Shown here piece by piece: positions 49,516 through 60,086 of a DNA stretch of 64,000 bases (its first letter is position 1; each line of letters opens with the position of its first letter). The stretch is from Alphaproteobacteria bacterium. GTDB lineage: Bacteria; Pseudomonadota; Alphaproteobacteria; UBA828. The notes beneath the pieces were generated by a model that was given only the letters and a program-made list of their open reading frames with translations, had not been told where the DNA came from and did not search any database. The stretch covers positions 32,001-96,000 of the forward strand of contig CBDCRW010000002.1 in NCBI GenBank assembly GCA_965221125.1. Reading direction: 5' to 3'. Both the position numbers and the translations under genes were made by a program.

Positions 49516-50883
49516 CTAGTAGCGGTTCATGTCGGGGCGGCCGACGGTGTGCTGGGAGCCGGCGAGCGGCACCTGGGCCATGGCGGAGGCCTCCATGGTG
49601 AGCGCGGCGAGGTCCTCCGGCTCCAGGCTGTGCACGTCGGTCTTGCCGCAGGCGCGCGCCATCATCTGGCATTCCAGCGTGAGCGTGTGGAGGAAGTTGT
49701 AGACCCGCTCCGCCGCCTCGTCGGGGTCGAGCCGCTTCCTGAGCTCCGGGTCCTGCGTGGCGACGCCCACGGGGCAGCGCCCGGTGTGGCAGTGGTAGCA
49801 GTAGCCGGCCTCGACGCCGATCTCGGACTCGAAGTCGGCCTCCGGGATGTCCTTGTTGCAGTTGAGCGCCATCATCACCGAGTGCCCGATGGCGCAGGCA
49901 TCGGCCCCCAATGCGAGCGCCTTGGCGATGTCGCCGCCGTTCCGCACGCCGCCAGCGTAGACGAGGCTGATCTTGCCGCTGGCGCCGAGGTCGTCGAGCG
50001 CCTTGCGCGCCTGGCGGATCGCGGCGATGCCGGGCACGCCGGTCTCCTCGGTCGCCAGATGCGGGCCGGCGCCGGTGGAGCCCTCCATGCCGTCGATGTA
50101 GATGCTGTCCGGCCCGGTCTTGATCGCCATGCGCACGTCGTCATAGACGCGGGCCGCGCCCAGCTTGAGCTGGATCGGGATCTCGGCGTTGGTGGCTTCC
50201 CTGATCTCGTTGATCTTGAGCGCGAGGTCGTCGGGCCCGAGCCAGTCCGGGTGCCGCGCCGGCGAGCGCTGGTCGATGCCGGCCGGCAGCGAGCGCATCT
50301 CCGCCACCTGGTCGGTGACCTTCTGCCCCATCAGGTGGCCGCCGAGGCCGACCTTGCAGCCCTGGCCGATAAAGAACTCGCAGGCGTCCGCGAGGCGCAG
50401 GTGGTGCGGATTGAAGCCGTAGCGCGACTGGATGCACTGGTAGAGCCACTTCTCGGAATAGCGCCGCTCGTCCGGGATCATCCCGCCCTCGCCGGAGCAG
50501 GTCGCGGTGCCGGCCATGGTGGCGCCGCGGGCGAGCGCGGTCTTGGCCTCGTACGAGAGCGCGCCGAAGCTCATGCCGGTGACGTAGACCGGGATGTCGA
50601 GCACCAGCGGGCGCTTCGCCATGGGGCCTATCACCGTCGTGGTCGTGCACTTCTCCCGGTAGCCCTCGATCACGAAGCGCGTGAGCGTGCCCGGCAGGAA
50701 GGTGAGATCGTCGAAGGTCGGGATGTTCTTGAAGAGCGAGAAGCCCCGCATCCGGTAGCGGCCGAGCTCCGCCTTGATGTGGATGTCGTCGATCACCTCC
50801 GGCGAGAAGATGCTGCTGCGCCCCAGGATGTGGCGGTTGCGGCCGGGCCGGTTGGCGACGGCTTCGCGTCTGTCGCTGGCCAT
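49516..50883 (-). CDS. mgsC: FMN-binding glutamate synthase family protein (N-methylglutamate synthase subunit C-like)
   Basis: GMSFGALS, CSGEGG, SPARHPD, CYHCHTGRCPVGVATQ. Confidence 0.85.
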   Translation of the reverse strand: MASDRREAVANRPGRNRHILGRSSIFSPEVIDDIHIKAELGRYRMRGFSLFKNIPTFDDLTFLPGTLTRFVIEGYREKCTTTTVIGPMAKRPLVLDIPVYVTGMSFGALSYEAKTALARGATMAGTATCSGEGGMIPDERRYSEKWLYQCIQSRYGFNPHHLRLADACEFFIGQGCKVGLGGHLMGQKVTDQVAEMRSLPAGIDQRSPARHPDWLGPDDLALKINEIREATNAEIPIQLKLGAARVYDDVRMAIKTGPDSIYIDGMEGSTGAGPHLATEETGVPGIAAIRQARKALDDLGASGKISLVYAGGVRNGGDIAKALALGADACAIGHSVMMALNCNKDIPEADFESEIGVEAGYCYHCHTGRCPVGVATQDPELRKRLDPDEAAERVYNFLHTLTLECQMMARACGKTDVHSLEPEDLAALTMEASAMAQVPLAGSQHTVGRPDMNRY

Positions 50884-50920
50884 GACGGACTCCTTGCAGG
50901 GTGGCGAGAGGCGCGCGCGG

Positions 50921-51772
50921 CTAGAGCGCGATCTTCTTCTCGCTCGGCTCGAGGTTGTCGTAGTTCCAGAGCTGCTTGCCGGCGACGATCTTGGTCAGGC
51001 TGCCGACGCCGCCCGGCGCCTCCATCCCGTAGGTCGAGAGCTTGCGCTCGAGCCAGCGCGCCTCGACGTCGGTGATCTCGCCGGGCACGGCGTCGACGCC
51101 GAGGGACTCGATGGTGCCGCCGACGTAGATCGTGCCGTCGTAGAGCGAATCGCCCAGGTTGGGGCCGGCGTCGCCCAGGATGACGATGCGCCCGCGCTGC
51201 ATCATGAAGCCGGTGAACGCGCCGGCGCGGCCGCCGATGAGGATGGTGCCGCCCTTCATGTCGATGCCGGTGCGCGAGCCCACGTCGCCCTTGCAGACGA
51301 GGTCGCCGCCCCGGAGCGCTGCGCCGAAGGTGGAGCCCGCGTTCTTCTCCACCACCACGACGCCGGCCATCATGTTCTCGGCGCAGGACCAGCCGACGCG
51401 GCCCTTGATGTGGATGTTGGGGCCGTCGACCAGGCCGCAGCCGAAGTAGCCGAGGCTGCCCTCGAAATCGAGCTTGAGCCGGTTGAGGATGCCGACGCCG
51501 AGGGAGTGCTTGGCCAGCGGGTTCTGCACCACGATGTGGCCGTAGCCCTCGCCCATCAGCTCGCGGATGCGGAGGTTGACGGCGGGCCCGTCCAGCTCGG
51601 CCGCGTCGATCGTCGCCTTCTTGCTGAAATCGACGGCGAAGCCCTCGGGGTAGGTGTAGTTGTCGCCTTCCTCGGGCACGAAGAAGACCTGCTGGGTGCG
51701 GCCCGCGAGCTGCTCCGCGTGCAGCCCCATGTCATGGGATTTGTGCCGGTCGTCGGCGCTCAGTTCTGCCAT
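50921..51772 (-). CDS. mgsB: GXGXG-domain protein (N-methylglutamate synthase subunit B-like)
   Basis: GSLGYF, AENMMAG, RTGIDMKGG, FMMQRG. Confidence 0.8.
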   Translation of the reverse strand: MAELSADDRHKSHDMGLHAEQLAGRTQQVFFVPEEGDNYTYPEGFAVDFSKKATIDAAELDGPAVNLRIRELMGEGYGHIVVQNPLAKHSLGVGILNRLKLDFEGSLGYFGCGLVDGPNIHIKGRVGWSCAENMMAGVVVVEKNAGSTFGAALRGGDLVCKGDVGSRTGIDMKGGTILIGGRAGAFTGFMMQRGRIVILGDAGPNLGDSLYDGTIYVGGTIESLGVDAVPGEITDVEARWLERKLSTYGMEAPGGVGSLTKIVAGKQLWNYDNLEPSEKKIAL

Positions 51773-52716
51773 ACCTTGACCTCCCCCTCGTAGGGATCCC
51801 AAGTGTCGATCTCGTCGGGCATGATGCCGCGGATCGCGACCTCCTCGGAGGCGAGGCCCACGAAGTCGTCGCTCTCGTAGAGCACCATGGGCTTGGCCGC
51901 CATGGTGTCCTTCGCCATGCCGAGGCTGTCCGCCGTCGCCACCAGGTAGGTGAAGACGCCGTCGAGCTCGTTCACCGAGCGGTCCATCGCCTCCTTGAGC
52001 GCGTCGCCCTGCTCGATGCGGTCGGCGAGGTAGACGGCGATCAGCTCGGAATCGCAGTTCGACATGAAGCGGTGGCCCCGGTGCTCCAGCGCCCGGCGGA
52101 ACTTCCAGTAGTTGGTGAGCTGGCCGTTGTGGACCACGGAGATGTCGTTGAAGGGATAGGCCCAGTAGGGATGGGCCGAGCGGATGTCGACGTCCGATTC
52201 CGTCGCCATCCGGGTGTGCCCGATGGCGTGGGTGCCCCGGAAGCCGGCGAGGCTGTACTGCTCGCTCACGATGCCGGCGTCGCCCAGGTCCTTGATCAGC
52301 TCCAGCGCGCGGCCGAGGGAGAGGATCTCCGCCCCTTCCACGTCCTCGATGTAGTCGGCGAAGCGCTTGAGCCGCTGCTGGCCGCCGTCGTCGTCAGCGG
52401 GGAAGCGCAGGCCGTAGCGGAAGGCGTACTCGGTCGCCTGCTCCTCGCCGACGATCTCCACGTCCATGCTGCGGATGCGCGCGTCGACCTCCGCCTTGCG
52501 GTCCTTGATCTGCCGGTGGATTTCGAAGCCCTTGCCGATGTCCTCCTGCTCCGCCACCTTGAAGCGCATCACGTGGTCGCTCTCGACCGGGATGCCGTAG
52601 ATGGCGAAGCCGGTGGAATCCGGCCCGCGGTGCTTGAGCGCCTGCAGCATCGTGGTCATCTCCGAGCCGATGTCGCCGCTCGATCCGCGATGGATCAGTC
52701 CTGCTATCCCGCACAT
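51760..52716 (-). CDS. mgsA: Class II glutamine amidotransferase (N-methylglutamate synthase subunit A-like)
   Basis: MCGIAG, HRGPDSTG, GHTRMATES, VHNGQLTN. Confidence 0.82.
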   Translation of the reverse strand: MCGIAGLIHRGSSGDIGSEMTTMLQALKHRGPDSTGFAIYGIPVESDHVMRFKVAEQEDIGKGFEIHRQIKDRKAEVDARIRSMDVEIVGEEQATEYAFRYGLRFPADDDGGQQRLKRFADYIEDVEGAEILSLGRALELIKDLGDAGIVSEQYSLAGFRGTHAIGHTRMATESDVDIRSAHPYWAYPFNDISVVHNGQLTNYWKFRRALEHRGHRFMSNCDSELIAVYLADRIEQGDALKEAMDRSVNELDGVFTYLVATADSLGMAKDTMAAKPMVLYESDDFVGLASEEVAIRGIMPDEIDTWDPYEGEVKVWQN

Positions 52717-52749
52717 GGGCGCCTCGTCTTTCGCTTCCGTTAGGGCAGG

Positions 52750-54219
52750 CTAAGGCAGGCAGTCGAGATAGGTCTCGACGTCCCACTCGGTGACGGTGGA
52801 CATGAAGCGCTCCCACTCGTCCCGCTTGTAGTGCATGAAGACCTTGAACATCTCGTCCGGCAGCGCGGCCTTGATGACCTCGTCCCGCTCCAGCGCATCG
52901 AGCGCCTCGCCCAAGGACATCGGCAGCTTCTTCACCAGCTTGCCGGCTTCCATGGCCTGGTAGATGTTGCGCTCCTCCGGCTCGCCGGGGTCGAGATCGC
53001 GCGAGATGCCGTCGTCAAAGGCCTTGAGGATCGTGGCCGCCATCAGATACGGATTGACCATCGAATCGACCGAGCGGTACTCGAAACGGCCGGGCGCGGA
53101 GACGCGCAAGCCGCAGGTCCGGTTCTGATAGCCCCAGTCGGCGAAGACCGGCGCCCAGAAGCCGGTATCCCAGAGGCGCCGGTAGGAGTTGACCGTCGAC
53201 GAGCCGAGGGCGGTGAGCGCGGCGAGATGCTCCATCACGCCGCCGATGCAGTTCAGCCCGACCGGGCCCGGCTTGTGGTCGTCGATGGAGGGGTCGGGCA
53301 TGAACAGGTTGTCGCCGCCCTTCCAGTAGCTGAACGTGTCCTCCAGGCCGGGCATCGGGTCCTGGTGCAGCGCGTTGACGCGCTGCTCGCCGCCGGTCCA
53401 GAGCGAGACGTTGTGGTGGCAGCCGCTCGCGGAGACCCCCATGAAGGGCTTCGACATGAAGCAGGCGATGACGCCGTGCTCGCGCGCGACCTGGGCGCAG
53501 ATCTGGCGGTAGGTGGTGAGCCGGTCGGCGGTCCTGAGCGCGTCGTCGTAGGTGAAGTTGAGTTCGAGCTGGCCGGGCGCGTCCTCGTGGTCGCCCTGGA
53601 TCATGTCGAGCCCCATGGCCTGGCCGTACTCGATCACCTGCATGAAGATCGGGCGCAGTTCCTCGAACTGGTCGATGTGGTAGCAGTTGGGCTTGGTCAC
53701 GCCGCCGTCGGCGCCGCCGTCCGCGCCCCGCTTCAGCCACATCATCTCGGGCTCGGTGCCGTGGCGCATCTGCATTCCGTGCTTGGCCTGGAACTCATCG
53801 TGGATGATGCGCAGGTTGCCGCGGCAATCCGACGTGAGGTGCCCGCCGGGGTTCTCGCGCTCCTCGCGGTTGCGGAAGCAGGTGCAGAAGACGCGGGCCA
53901 CGCGCTTGTCCCAGGGCAGCTGCACGAAGGTCTCGGGGTCCGGGATGCCGACCAATTCCGAGGCTTCCGGCCCGTAGCCGATGTAGTTGGAGTGGCGGTC
54001 GGTGAAGAGGTTGGCGGTCGAGCCGTAGACGAGCTGGAAGCCCCGCTCCGCGATCTGCTCCCAGTGATCGGCGGGGATGCCCTTGCCGACGATCCGCCCG
54101 GTGACGGACACGAACTGGTAGTAGATGTAGGTGACGCCGAGCTCGTCGATCTTGGCGCGCACCTGGCGCACCAGCTCGTCCCGGCCCTCTGCGTTCACGT
54201 GGGCTTCAAGATCGGTCAT
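52750..54219 (-). CDS. Glutamine synthetase-like gamma-glutamyl-amine ligase
   Basis: TEPEMM, DHEDAPGQLELN, ASGCHHNVSL, NRTCGLR, EYRSVD. Confidence 0.88.
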   Translation of the reverse strand: MTDLEAHVNAEGRDELVRQVRAKIDELGVTYIYYQFVSVTGRIVGKGIPADHWEQIAERGFQLVYGSTANLFTDRHSNYIGYGPEASELVGIPDPETFVQLPWDKRVARVFCTCFRNREERENPGGHLTSDCRGNLRIIHDEFQAKHGMQMRHGTEPEMMWLKRGADGGADGGVTKPNCYHIDQFEELRPIFMQVIEYGQAMGLDMIQGDHEDAPGQLELNFTYDDALRTADRLTTYRQICAQVAREHGVIACFMSKPFMGVSASGCHHNVSLWTGGEQRVNALHQDPMPGLEDTFSYWKGGDNLFMPDPSIDDHKPGPVGLNCIGGVMEHLAALTALGSSTVNSYRRLWDTGFWAPVFADWGYQNRTCGLRVSAPGRFEYRSVDSMVNPYLMAATILKAFDDGISRDLDPGEPEERNIYQAMEAGKLVKKLPMSLGEALDALERDEVIKAALPDEMFKVFMHYKRDEWERFMSTVTEWDVETYLDCLP

Positions 54220-54252
54220 CTCCGCATCCTCCCTGGCGATCGGCGGGTCCCG

Positions 54253-55596
54253 TCAGCTCCACGGGAAGGGGCTGTTGGAGACCGGATGAAGGCGGCCCTC
54301 CGCAAAGCGCGAGAAGCGGAAGGGCTCGAGCAGGGCGCTTTCGCGGCCCATCAGCTCGTCCGCCACCAGCTTGCCGACGGCGAGCATCTTGTAGCCGTGG
54401 TTCGAATCGGCGACCACGTAGCAGTTCTCGCGGAAGCGGTCGAACACGGGAAAGCTGTCGGCGGTAAACGCGCCGATGCCGCCGGAGGGCTCGTCGAGCC
54501 AGCGCCCGATCTGGCCGCTGTAGCGGCTCTGGCAGAAGGCGAGCGCCGAGCACCACATCTCCCTGAACTCGCCATCGACCACGAACTCGGGCGACTCCGG
54601 CCCGTAGGGGTCGATGGCTACGTCGGGCACCGGGGTCTTCACCTTGTAGGGCGCGGCCCCGCCCTGGACGCCGCCGAAGTTGAAGTCCGGCTTGTAGTAG
54701 ATGCCCCACATCTCGTCGGTGATCAGCCTGCCGTCCACGTCGGAATAGAGCGGCTCGTTGGAATCGACGTGGATGACCGGCGGCATCGACCCGTCGTCGG
54801 CCATGCCGAGGGAGGGCTCGACCGCAATCGTCCCTTCCTGCAGGCACCAGAAGCGCCACATGTCGACGTCGCGATGCAGCGTGCCCTCAAGGTCCTTCAC
54901 GTCGATCCGCTCCGGCAGGTCGAGCATCTCCCAGATGCGCGGTACCCAGGGGCCGACGGCGACGACCACCTGATCGACGCCGATGGAGCCCTGGTCGGTC
55001 TCCACCTGCGTCACCGCCCTGGAGTTGGCGCCGAAGCCGAAGCCCTTGACCTCGACCCCGGTGAGGATGCGCACGCCGGTGCCCCGCGCCTTGTCCGCGA
55101 GCCCGTGCATGGAGGCCTTGTTGTGGGCGTAGCCGCCCCTCTTCTCGTGCAGGACCGAGGTGATGCCGGGCGCCTGCCAGTCGGCGAACAGCTTCCGCAT
55201 GTACGCCCTGCAGTCCGCCTCGCCCTCGATGAACTCGGATTCGTAGCCGATCTCGCGCTGCTGCGCGGCGATCTCGGCGACGTCGGCGTGCATGCTCTCG
55301 GGGCTGATCTGCATGTAGCCCACGGGGTGGTAGTGGTAGGCCTCGGGGTCTTCCTCCCAAGCCTCCACGCAGGCCGCCATCAGCTCGCGCATCGCCGGCT
55401 GGTAGTAGTTGTTGCGGATGACGCCGCAGGCGATGCCCGAGGCGCCGGCCGCGATGTCGGACTTGTCCACGATCGCGATGTCCGCACCGCTGCCGCTGCC
55501 CTGCGCCTTCAGCGCGAGCGCAAGGTGATAGGCGGTGCTGAGGCCGTGGATCCCGGCCCCGATGATCAGATACTTGACGTGGCCCGGAAGCGTCAT
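54253..55596 (-). CDS. FAD-dependent oxidoreductase (DAO / sarcosine oxidase beta-like)
   Basis: IIGAGIHGLSTA, GASGIACG, TADSFP, HGYK. Confidence 0.88.
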   Translation of the reverse strand: MTLPGHVKYLIIGAGIHGLSTAYHLALALKAQGSGSGADIAIVDKSDIAAGASGIACGVIRNNYYQPAMRELMAACVEAWEEDPEAYHYHPVGYMQISPESMHADVAEIAAQQREIGYESEFIEGEADCRAYMRKLFADWQAPGITSVLHEKRGGYAHNKASMHGLADKARGTGVRILTGVEVKGFGFGANSRAVTQVETDQGSIGVDQVVVAVGPWVPRIWEMLDLPERIDVKDLEGTLHRDVDMWRFWCLQEGTIAVEPSLGMADDGSMPPVIHVDSNEPLYSDVDGRLITDEMWGIYYKPDFNFGGVQGGAAPYKVKTPVPDVAIDPYGPESPEFVVDGEFREMWCSALAFCQSRYSGQIGRWLDEPSGGIGAFTADSFPVFDRFRENCYVVADSNHGYKMLAVGKLVADELMGRESALLEPFRFSRFAEGRLHPVSNSPFPWS

Positions 55597-55670
55597 CTGT
55601 TCCTTCTCCCGACCTTGATCGGCCGATGTTCCGGGGGCGCACTCAAGCGGGCAGCCCCCTTTTTGTCAAG

Positions 55671-55710
55671 CCAATTGTGCCCCGATCGGAGCGACCAATT
55701 GTGAACCAAT
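55671..55710. promoter_or_regulatory. Candidate GntR operator (CCAAT repeats) in the divergent promoter
   Basis: CCAATTGTG at 55671 and 55695 and ACCAAT at 55705, in an AT-rich intergenic region. Confidence 0.35.
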
Positions 55711-55853
55711 ATGAATGAATGGTTGAACGCAGCGCAAAAATTGACTAAAGCAAAGGGGCCCGCATGCGGCCTGTCTCGTGGCGTGAGGCGTTTTGGGAGG
55801 CGATTTGGGTCACGGGCCGGCGGGCGGCACGCAACGAAAAACGGGCTGACGCC

Positions 55854-56573
55854 ATGCAGCTGGAAAGCACACGGTTGAGTAACGAGAACGGCGGAATCCC
55901 GAGACCGGCCGATTCGGCGGCCGACTCGATCGCCGCGCAGCTCGCGCGGCAGATCCTCGACGGCTCGCTCGCCATGGGCGACCGCCTGCCGCCGGAGCGC
56001 AGCCTCGCCGAATCCTTCTCCGCCTCGCGCGGCACGGTACGCGAGGCCCTGCGCTCGCTCAGCGCGCGCGGGCTGGTGGCGCGCCGCGTCGGCAGCGGCA
56101 CCTTCGTCATCTACGAGCCGGACTCGGGCGAGACCGACGTCTCCGAGATCACCTCGCCGCTGGAACTGGTCGAGGTCCGCGCCGCCATCGAGCCGCAGAT
56201 GGCCCGCCTTGCGGTGCGCAACGCCACGGCCCGCGACATGGCCGCGCTGGAACGCGCGGTGGCCGAGATGGAGGGCGTGGACGACGCCGAGAGCTTCTCG
56301 CTCGCCGACGAGATGTTCCACCTGCGGCTGGCCGAGGCCACGCACAACCCGCTGATTGTCGAGATCTATCACCGCATCAACCACGTCCGCGCCCACCAGC
56401 AGTGGGATTCGATCAAGAACAAGATCCTGACGCCGGCGCAGATCACCGCGTACAACGCCGAGCACCGCGACCTGCTCCTGGCCCTCTCCCGCCGCGATGC
56501 CGAGCGTGCGGTGGAGGTCCTGTCCGCCCACATGGAGCGCGCCCGCGCCGACCTGCTGGCCAGCGTCGGCTGA
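55854..56573 (+). CDS. GntR/FadR family transcriptional regulator
   Basis: LPPERSLAESFSASRGTVREAL...GSGTFV; FCD domain ADEMFHLRLA. Confidence 0.92.
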   Translation: MQLESTRLSNENGGIPRPADSAADSIAAQLARQILDGSLAMGDRLPPERSLAESFSASRGTVREALRSLSARGLVARRVGSGTFVIYEPDSGETDVSEITSPLELVEVRAAIEPQMARLAVRNATARDMAALERAVAEMEGVDDAESFSLADEMFHLRLAEATHNPLIVEIYHRINHVRAHQQWDSIKNKILTPAQITAYNAEHRDLLLALSRRDAERAVEVLSAHMERARADLLASVG

Positions 56574-56764
56574 TCCGCCCACCTGCGGCGGGCATCCCCC
56601 GTGGCGATTTCGGGGTGAGACGCCGCCCCGATTGTGTTTAGATTGCCCGGACAATCGCGTCCGCTCCGTCACGGAGCGCGCGCGTCGCGTCATGACTTAT
56701 CGCCGTTGCCTGAAACGGGGCTGGACGCGGGCCCTGCCGCGCGGCGCCATATGGGGAGACGACC

Positions 56765-57958
56765 ATGAACGAGGACAAACTTCTCAAGCAGATGGTGAAG
56801 CGCGACCCGGTGCGCGGTGCGGCCGCCACCCGGCGCCAGGTGCTGCAGGGCATCGGCGCAGGCGCGCTGGCGCTCGGCGCGGGCGGCGCTTTCGCGGGCC
56901 GGGCCCGGGCCGCCGACGAGCTCACGATGCTGACCTGGGACGGCTACGTCGACCCCCGCGTGCTCGACGGCTTCACCGAGCAGTACGACACCGGCATCAA
57001 GTACGAGCTGCACACCTCGGACCCGGATTCGGTCAACAAACTCCGCGCGGGCGAGACCGCGATCTGGGACATCATCAACCTGAACAACCCGTGGGCGCGC
57101 GAGATGATGTGGCCGGAAGGGCTGATCGTCGAGCTCGACCGTGCCCGCTTCGAGCCCTACTTCGACGCGATGCTGCCGATGTTCAAGCCGCCCTACAAGT
57201 GGGCGATGAGCCTCGACAACGAGCATCTGCTGGGCGTCTGCCAGCGCGTGGATACCTTCGACTTCGTGGTCAACACCGACGTGATCTCGGCCGACATGGC
57301 GAAGGACGAAGGCTGGGATCTGTTCAACAATCCCGACATGGAAGGCCGCTACGGCATCCTCGCCTACGACAACTGGAACATCATGCACATCTGCATGGCC
57401 GCCGGCCTGCATCCGTTCAAGGAGAAGACCGACGACGAGGTCGCGATCTTCGAGGAGGCGGCAAGACGCCTCATCAACGGCGCGAAGATGGTCTCGGACG
57501 ACTTCGTCGCCGTGAACCTCGCCGTGATCAACGACGAGATCGACATGTACTTCGGCGGCGGCACCTACTCGATCTCGGCGGCCCGGCTCGACGGGCTCAC
57601 CAACCTCTACCACGTGGTGCCGAAGAGCGGGCCTGCCGACGGCAAGGGCGGGATCAACTGGATCGAGCTCAGCTCGGTGGTGAACAATCCCGACCTGCAC
57701 CCCAAGGCCATGGACTGGATGGAGTACATCCTCCAGCCCGATACCTCCTACGCCGTGGCGACGGCCGGCGGCTTCCTGCTCCCGGTGGGGCAGATGTCGC
57801 AGCCGGAGCTGCTCGCCAAGTTCACGGCGGAAGAGCTCGACTCCTTCCAGTGGGACGAGTTCGACTACCGCATCTCGCACTCCGTCGAGTACGACGTGGT
57901 GCCGGACTACAACCGGCTCTACGACATCTACACGGCGGCGCGGCGCGAGAAGTCGTAA
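56765..57958 (+). CDS. Polyamine-type ABC transporter substrate-binding protein (Tat signal)
   Basis: TRRQVL twin-arginine; LTWDGY; upstream of ATPase and permease genes. Confidence 0.85.
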   Translation: MNEDKLLKQMVKRDPVRGAAATRRQVLQGIGAGALALGAGGAFAGRARAADELTMLTWDGYVDPRVLDGFTEQYDTGIKYELHTSDPDSVNKLRAGETAIWDIINLNNPWAREMMWPEGLIVELDRARFEPYFDAMLPMFKPPYKWAMSLDNEHLLGVCQRVDTFDFVVNTDVISADMAKDEGWDLFNNPDMEGRYGILAYDNWNIMHICMAAGLHPFKEKTDDEVAIFEEAARRLINGAKMVSDDFVAVNLAVINDEIDMYFGGGTYSISAARLDGLTNLYHVVPKSGPADGKGGINWIELSSVVNNPDLHPKAMDWMEYILQPDTSYAVATAGGFLLPVGQMSQPELLAKFTAEELDSFQWDEFDYRISHSVEYDVVPDYNRLYDIYTAARREKS

Positions 57959-58081
57959 ATCCGGCCGGCTGCGGCGGGGGCGTGCGGCGGCTGAGGCCGC
58001 GCGCCCCCGCCCCGATCGCACGCCCGGCCGCACCCGGCCGGGCGGCGGTGCATTTGCGGAGAGAGAATCGAGTCGAGCGCC

Positions 58082-59149
58082 ATGGTGGATGCCGCGCCTA
58101 TCCTGCGCATGGTCAACCTGACCAAGCAGTTCGGCCGACTGGTCGCCGTGAACGACGTCACCCTCGACATCCAGGAGGGCGAGTTCTTCACCATCGTGGG
58201 CCCGTCCGGCAGCGGCAAGACCACGCTGCTGCGCATGCTGGGCGGGCTGGAGAAGCCGACGGCGGGCGATATCTACCTGCGCGACGAGCGGGTCAACCGG
58301 GTGCCCGCCAACCGGCGCCCGACCTGCATGGTCTTCCAGTCCTTGGCCCTCTTCAACCACAAGACCGTGGGCCAGAACATCGAGTTCTCGCTGAAGATGC
58401 GGGGCGAGAGCCGCCGCGCCCGCCGCGAGCGCGGTCTCTCGCTCATGAACGTGGTCCAGCTGCCGGAGGACTTCTACGACAAGTCCGTCACCAAGTGCTC
58501 GGGAGGTGAGCGCCAGCGCGTGGCGCTGGCCCGTGCTTTGGCTTCCGACCCGGACATCCTGTTCTTCGACGAGCCGCTCTCCGCCATCGACTACCGCCTG
58601 CGCAAGCTGCTCGAGGTCGAGCTCAAGGACCTCCACCGCACCACCGGCAAGACCTTCGTCTACATCACCCACTCCCTCGAGGAGGCGATGGTGATGAGCG
58701 ACCGCATCGGCATCATGCAGGAGGGCCGCCTGATCCAGATCGGCTCGCCCAACGAGATCTACCTGCAGCCGCGCAACAAGTTCGTCTCCGAGTTCATGGG
58801 CGAGGTGAACACCCTTGCGGTGCACGCGGGCGCGGACGGCGGCATCGACTGCCCCGCCTTCGAGCGCCGCTTCACCAGCCCGGCCCGGCCGGACGGCTTC
58901 GCCAGCGGCTACCTGGTGATCCGGCCCGAATCGATGCGCTTCCTGAACGATCCTTCCGAAGCCGAGAACCATCTCGAGGGCTCGCTCTTCAACGAGTATG
59001 CGCTCGGCTCGCGCGTGCAGTACCACGTGAGCGCGGGTGGCTCGATGTTCGTCGTCGAGAAGCTCCGCGAGCAGGCCTATCGGGGCGCGCTCAACGACGA
59101 CGTGCTGATCGGCTGGGACGCCAAGGACAGCGTGCTCGTGACCGACTGA
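58082..59149 (+). CDS. ABC transporter ATP-binding protein (PotA-like)
   Basis: GPSGSGKTT, CSGGERQRVALARAL, FFDEP, YITH; C-terminal TOBE-like region. Confidence 0.93.
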   Translation: MVDAAPILRMVNLTKQFGRLVAVNDVTLDIQEGEFFTIVGPSGSGKTTLLRMLGGLEKPTAGDIYLRDERVNRVPANRRPTCMVFQSLALFNHKTVGQNIEFSLKMRGESRRARRERGLSLMNVVQLPEDFYDKSVTKCSGGERQRVALARALASDPDILFFDEPLSAIDYRLRKLLEVELKDLHRTTGKTFVYITHSLEEAMVMSDRIGIMQEGRLIQIGSPNEIYLQPRNKFVSEFMGEVNTLAVHAGADGGIDCPAFERRFTSPARPDGFASGYLVIRPESMRFLNDPSEAENHLEGSLFNEYALGSRVQYHVSAGGSMFVVEKLREQAYRGALNDDVLIGWDAKDSVLVTD

Positions 59150-59159
59150 TGGCCGGCTG

Positions 59160-60065
59160 ATGGCAGAGGCCCCGACACCGTTGATCCGCCAGCCGGGGGT
59201 GGGCTCGCTCCTGTTCGGCTGGCTGCGCTCGCCCGGCGTGCTCAACGCGACGCCCGTCCTGGTCTTCTTCCTGATCGGCTTCGTCGGCCCGCTGGTGATC
59301 GTGCTGGCCTTCAGCTTCACGCCCGAGCGCACCTTCGACCTCGGCGCCGGCTTCACCACCGAGAACTACGAGCACATCTTCACGGAGAGCTACTACATCT
59401 CCTTCATCTGGTCGTTCGGGCTGGCCGGCGTCACCGTCCTCTGCAACCTCCTGATCGGCTACCCGATCGCCTACGGCCTCGCCAAGCTCTTCGGCCGCTG
59501 GGCCGCGCCGGTCATGCTGGTGCTCGTCATCCCCCTCTTCGTCTCGGAGAACGTGCGGCTCTTCGGCTGGTATCTCTTCCTGATCAAGGGCGGCGGCATC
59601 CTGGCGGGCGGGCTCAAGACCGCCTTCGGCATCGACACCGGCACCATGCTCTACGAGCCCGGCACCATCCTCATGGGCATGATCTACGTCTATCTGCCCT
59701 TCACCCTCTTCCCCATCGTGCTCGGGCTCTCCATGGTGCCGCGCGACCAGGTGGAGGCCTCGCGCGACCTCGGCGCGAGCCGCTTCCAGATCTTCCGCGA
59801 GGTGGAGCTGCCGATCGCCATGCCCGGCATCCTCATCGGCGCGCTGCTGACCTTCGTGCTGGCGGTCGGCGCGATCTCGGAGGCCAAGCTCTTGGGCGGC
59901 CAGAACACGCCGGTGATCGCGCAGGACATCCAGCACGAGTTCACCTACGCGCAGAACTGGCCGCTGGGCTCGGCGATCTCGGTGCTGGCCATCGTGGTCA
60001 CCGGCTTCCTCGTGGTGCTGGTGATGCGCCGGCTCGACCTCGACCGGCTGCTGGGCCGACGATGA
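59160..60065 (+). CDS. ABC transporter permease (PotB-like)
   Basis: Multiple TM helices; EASRDLGAS loop. Confidence 0.9.
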   Translation: MAEAPTPLIRQPGVGSLLFGWLRSPGVLNATPVLVFFLIGFVGPLVIVLAFSFTPERTFDLGAGFTTENYEHIFTESYYISFIWSFGLAGVTVLCNLLIGYPIAYGLAKLFGRWAAPVMLVLVIPLFVSENVRLFGWYLFLIKGGGILAGGLKTAFGIDTGTMLYEPGTILMGMIYVYLPFTLFPIVLGLSMVPRDQVEASRDLGASRFQIFREVELPIAMPGILIGALLTFVLAVGAISEAKLLGGQNTPVIAQDIQHEFTYAQNWPLGSAISVLAIVVTGFLVVLVMRRLDLDRLLGRR

Positions 60066-60086
60066 CGGCTGCGGGCGGGCGCTGAG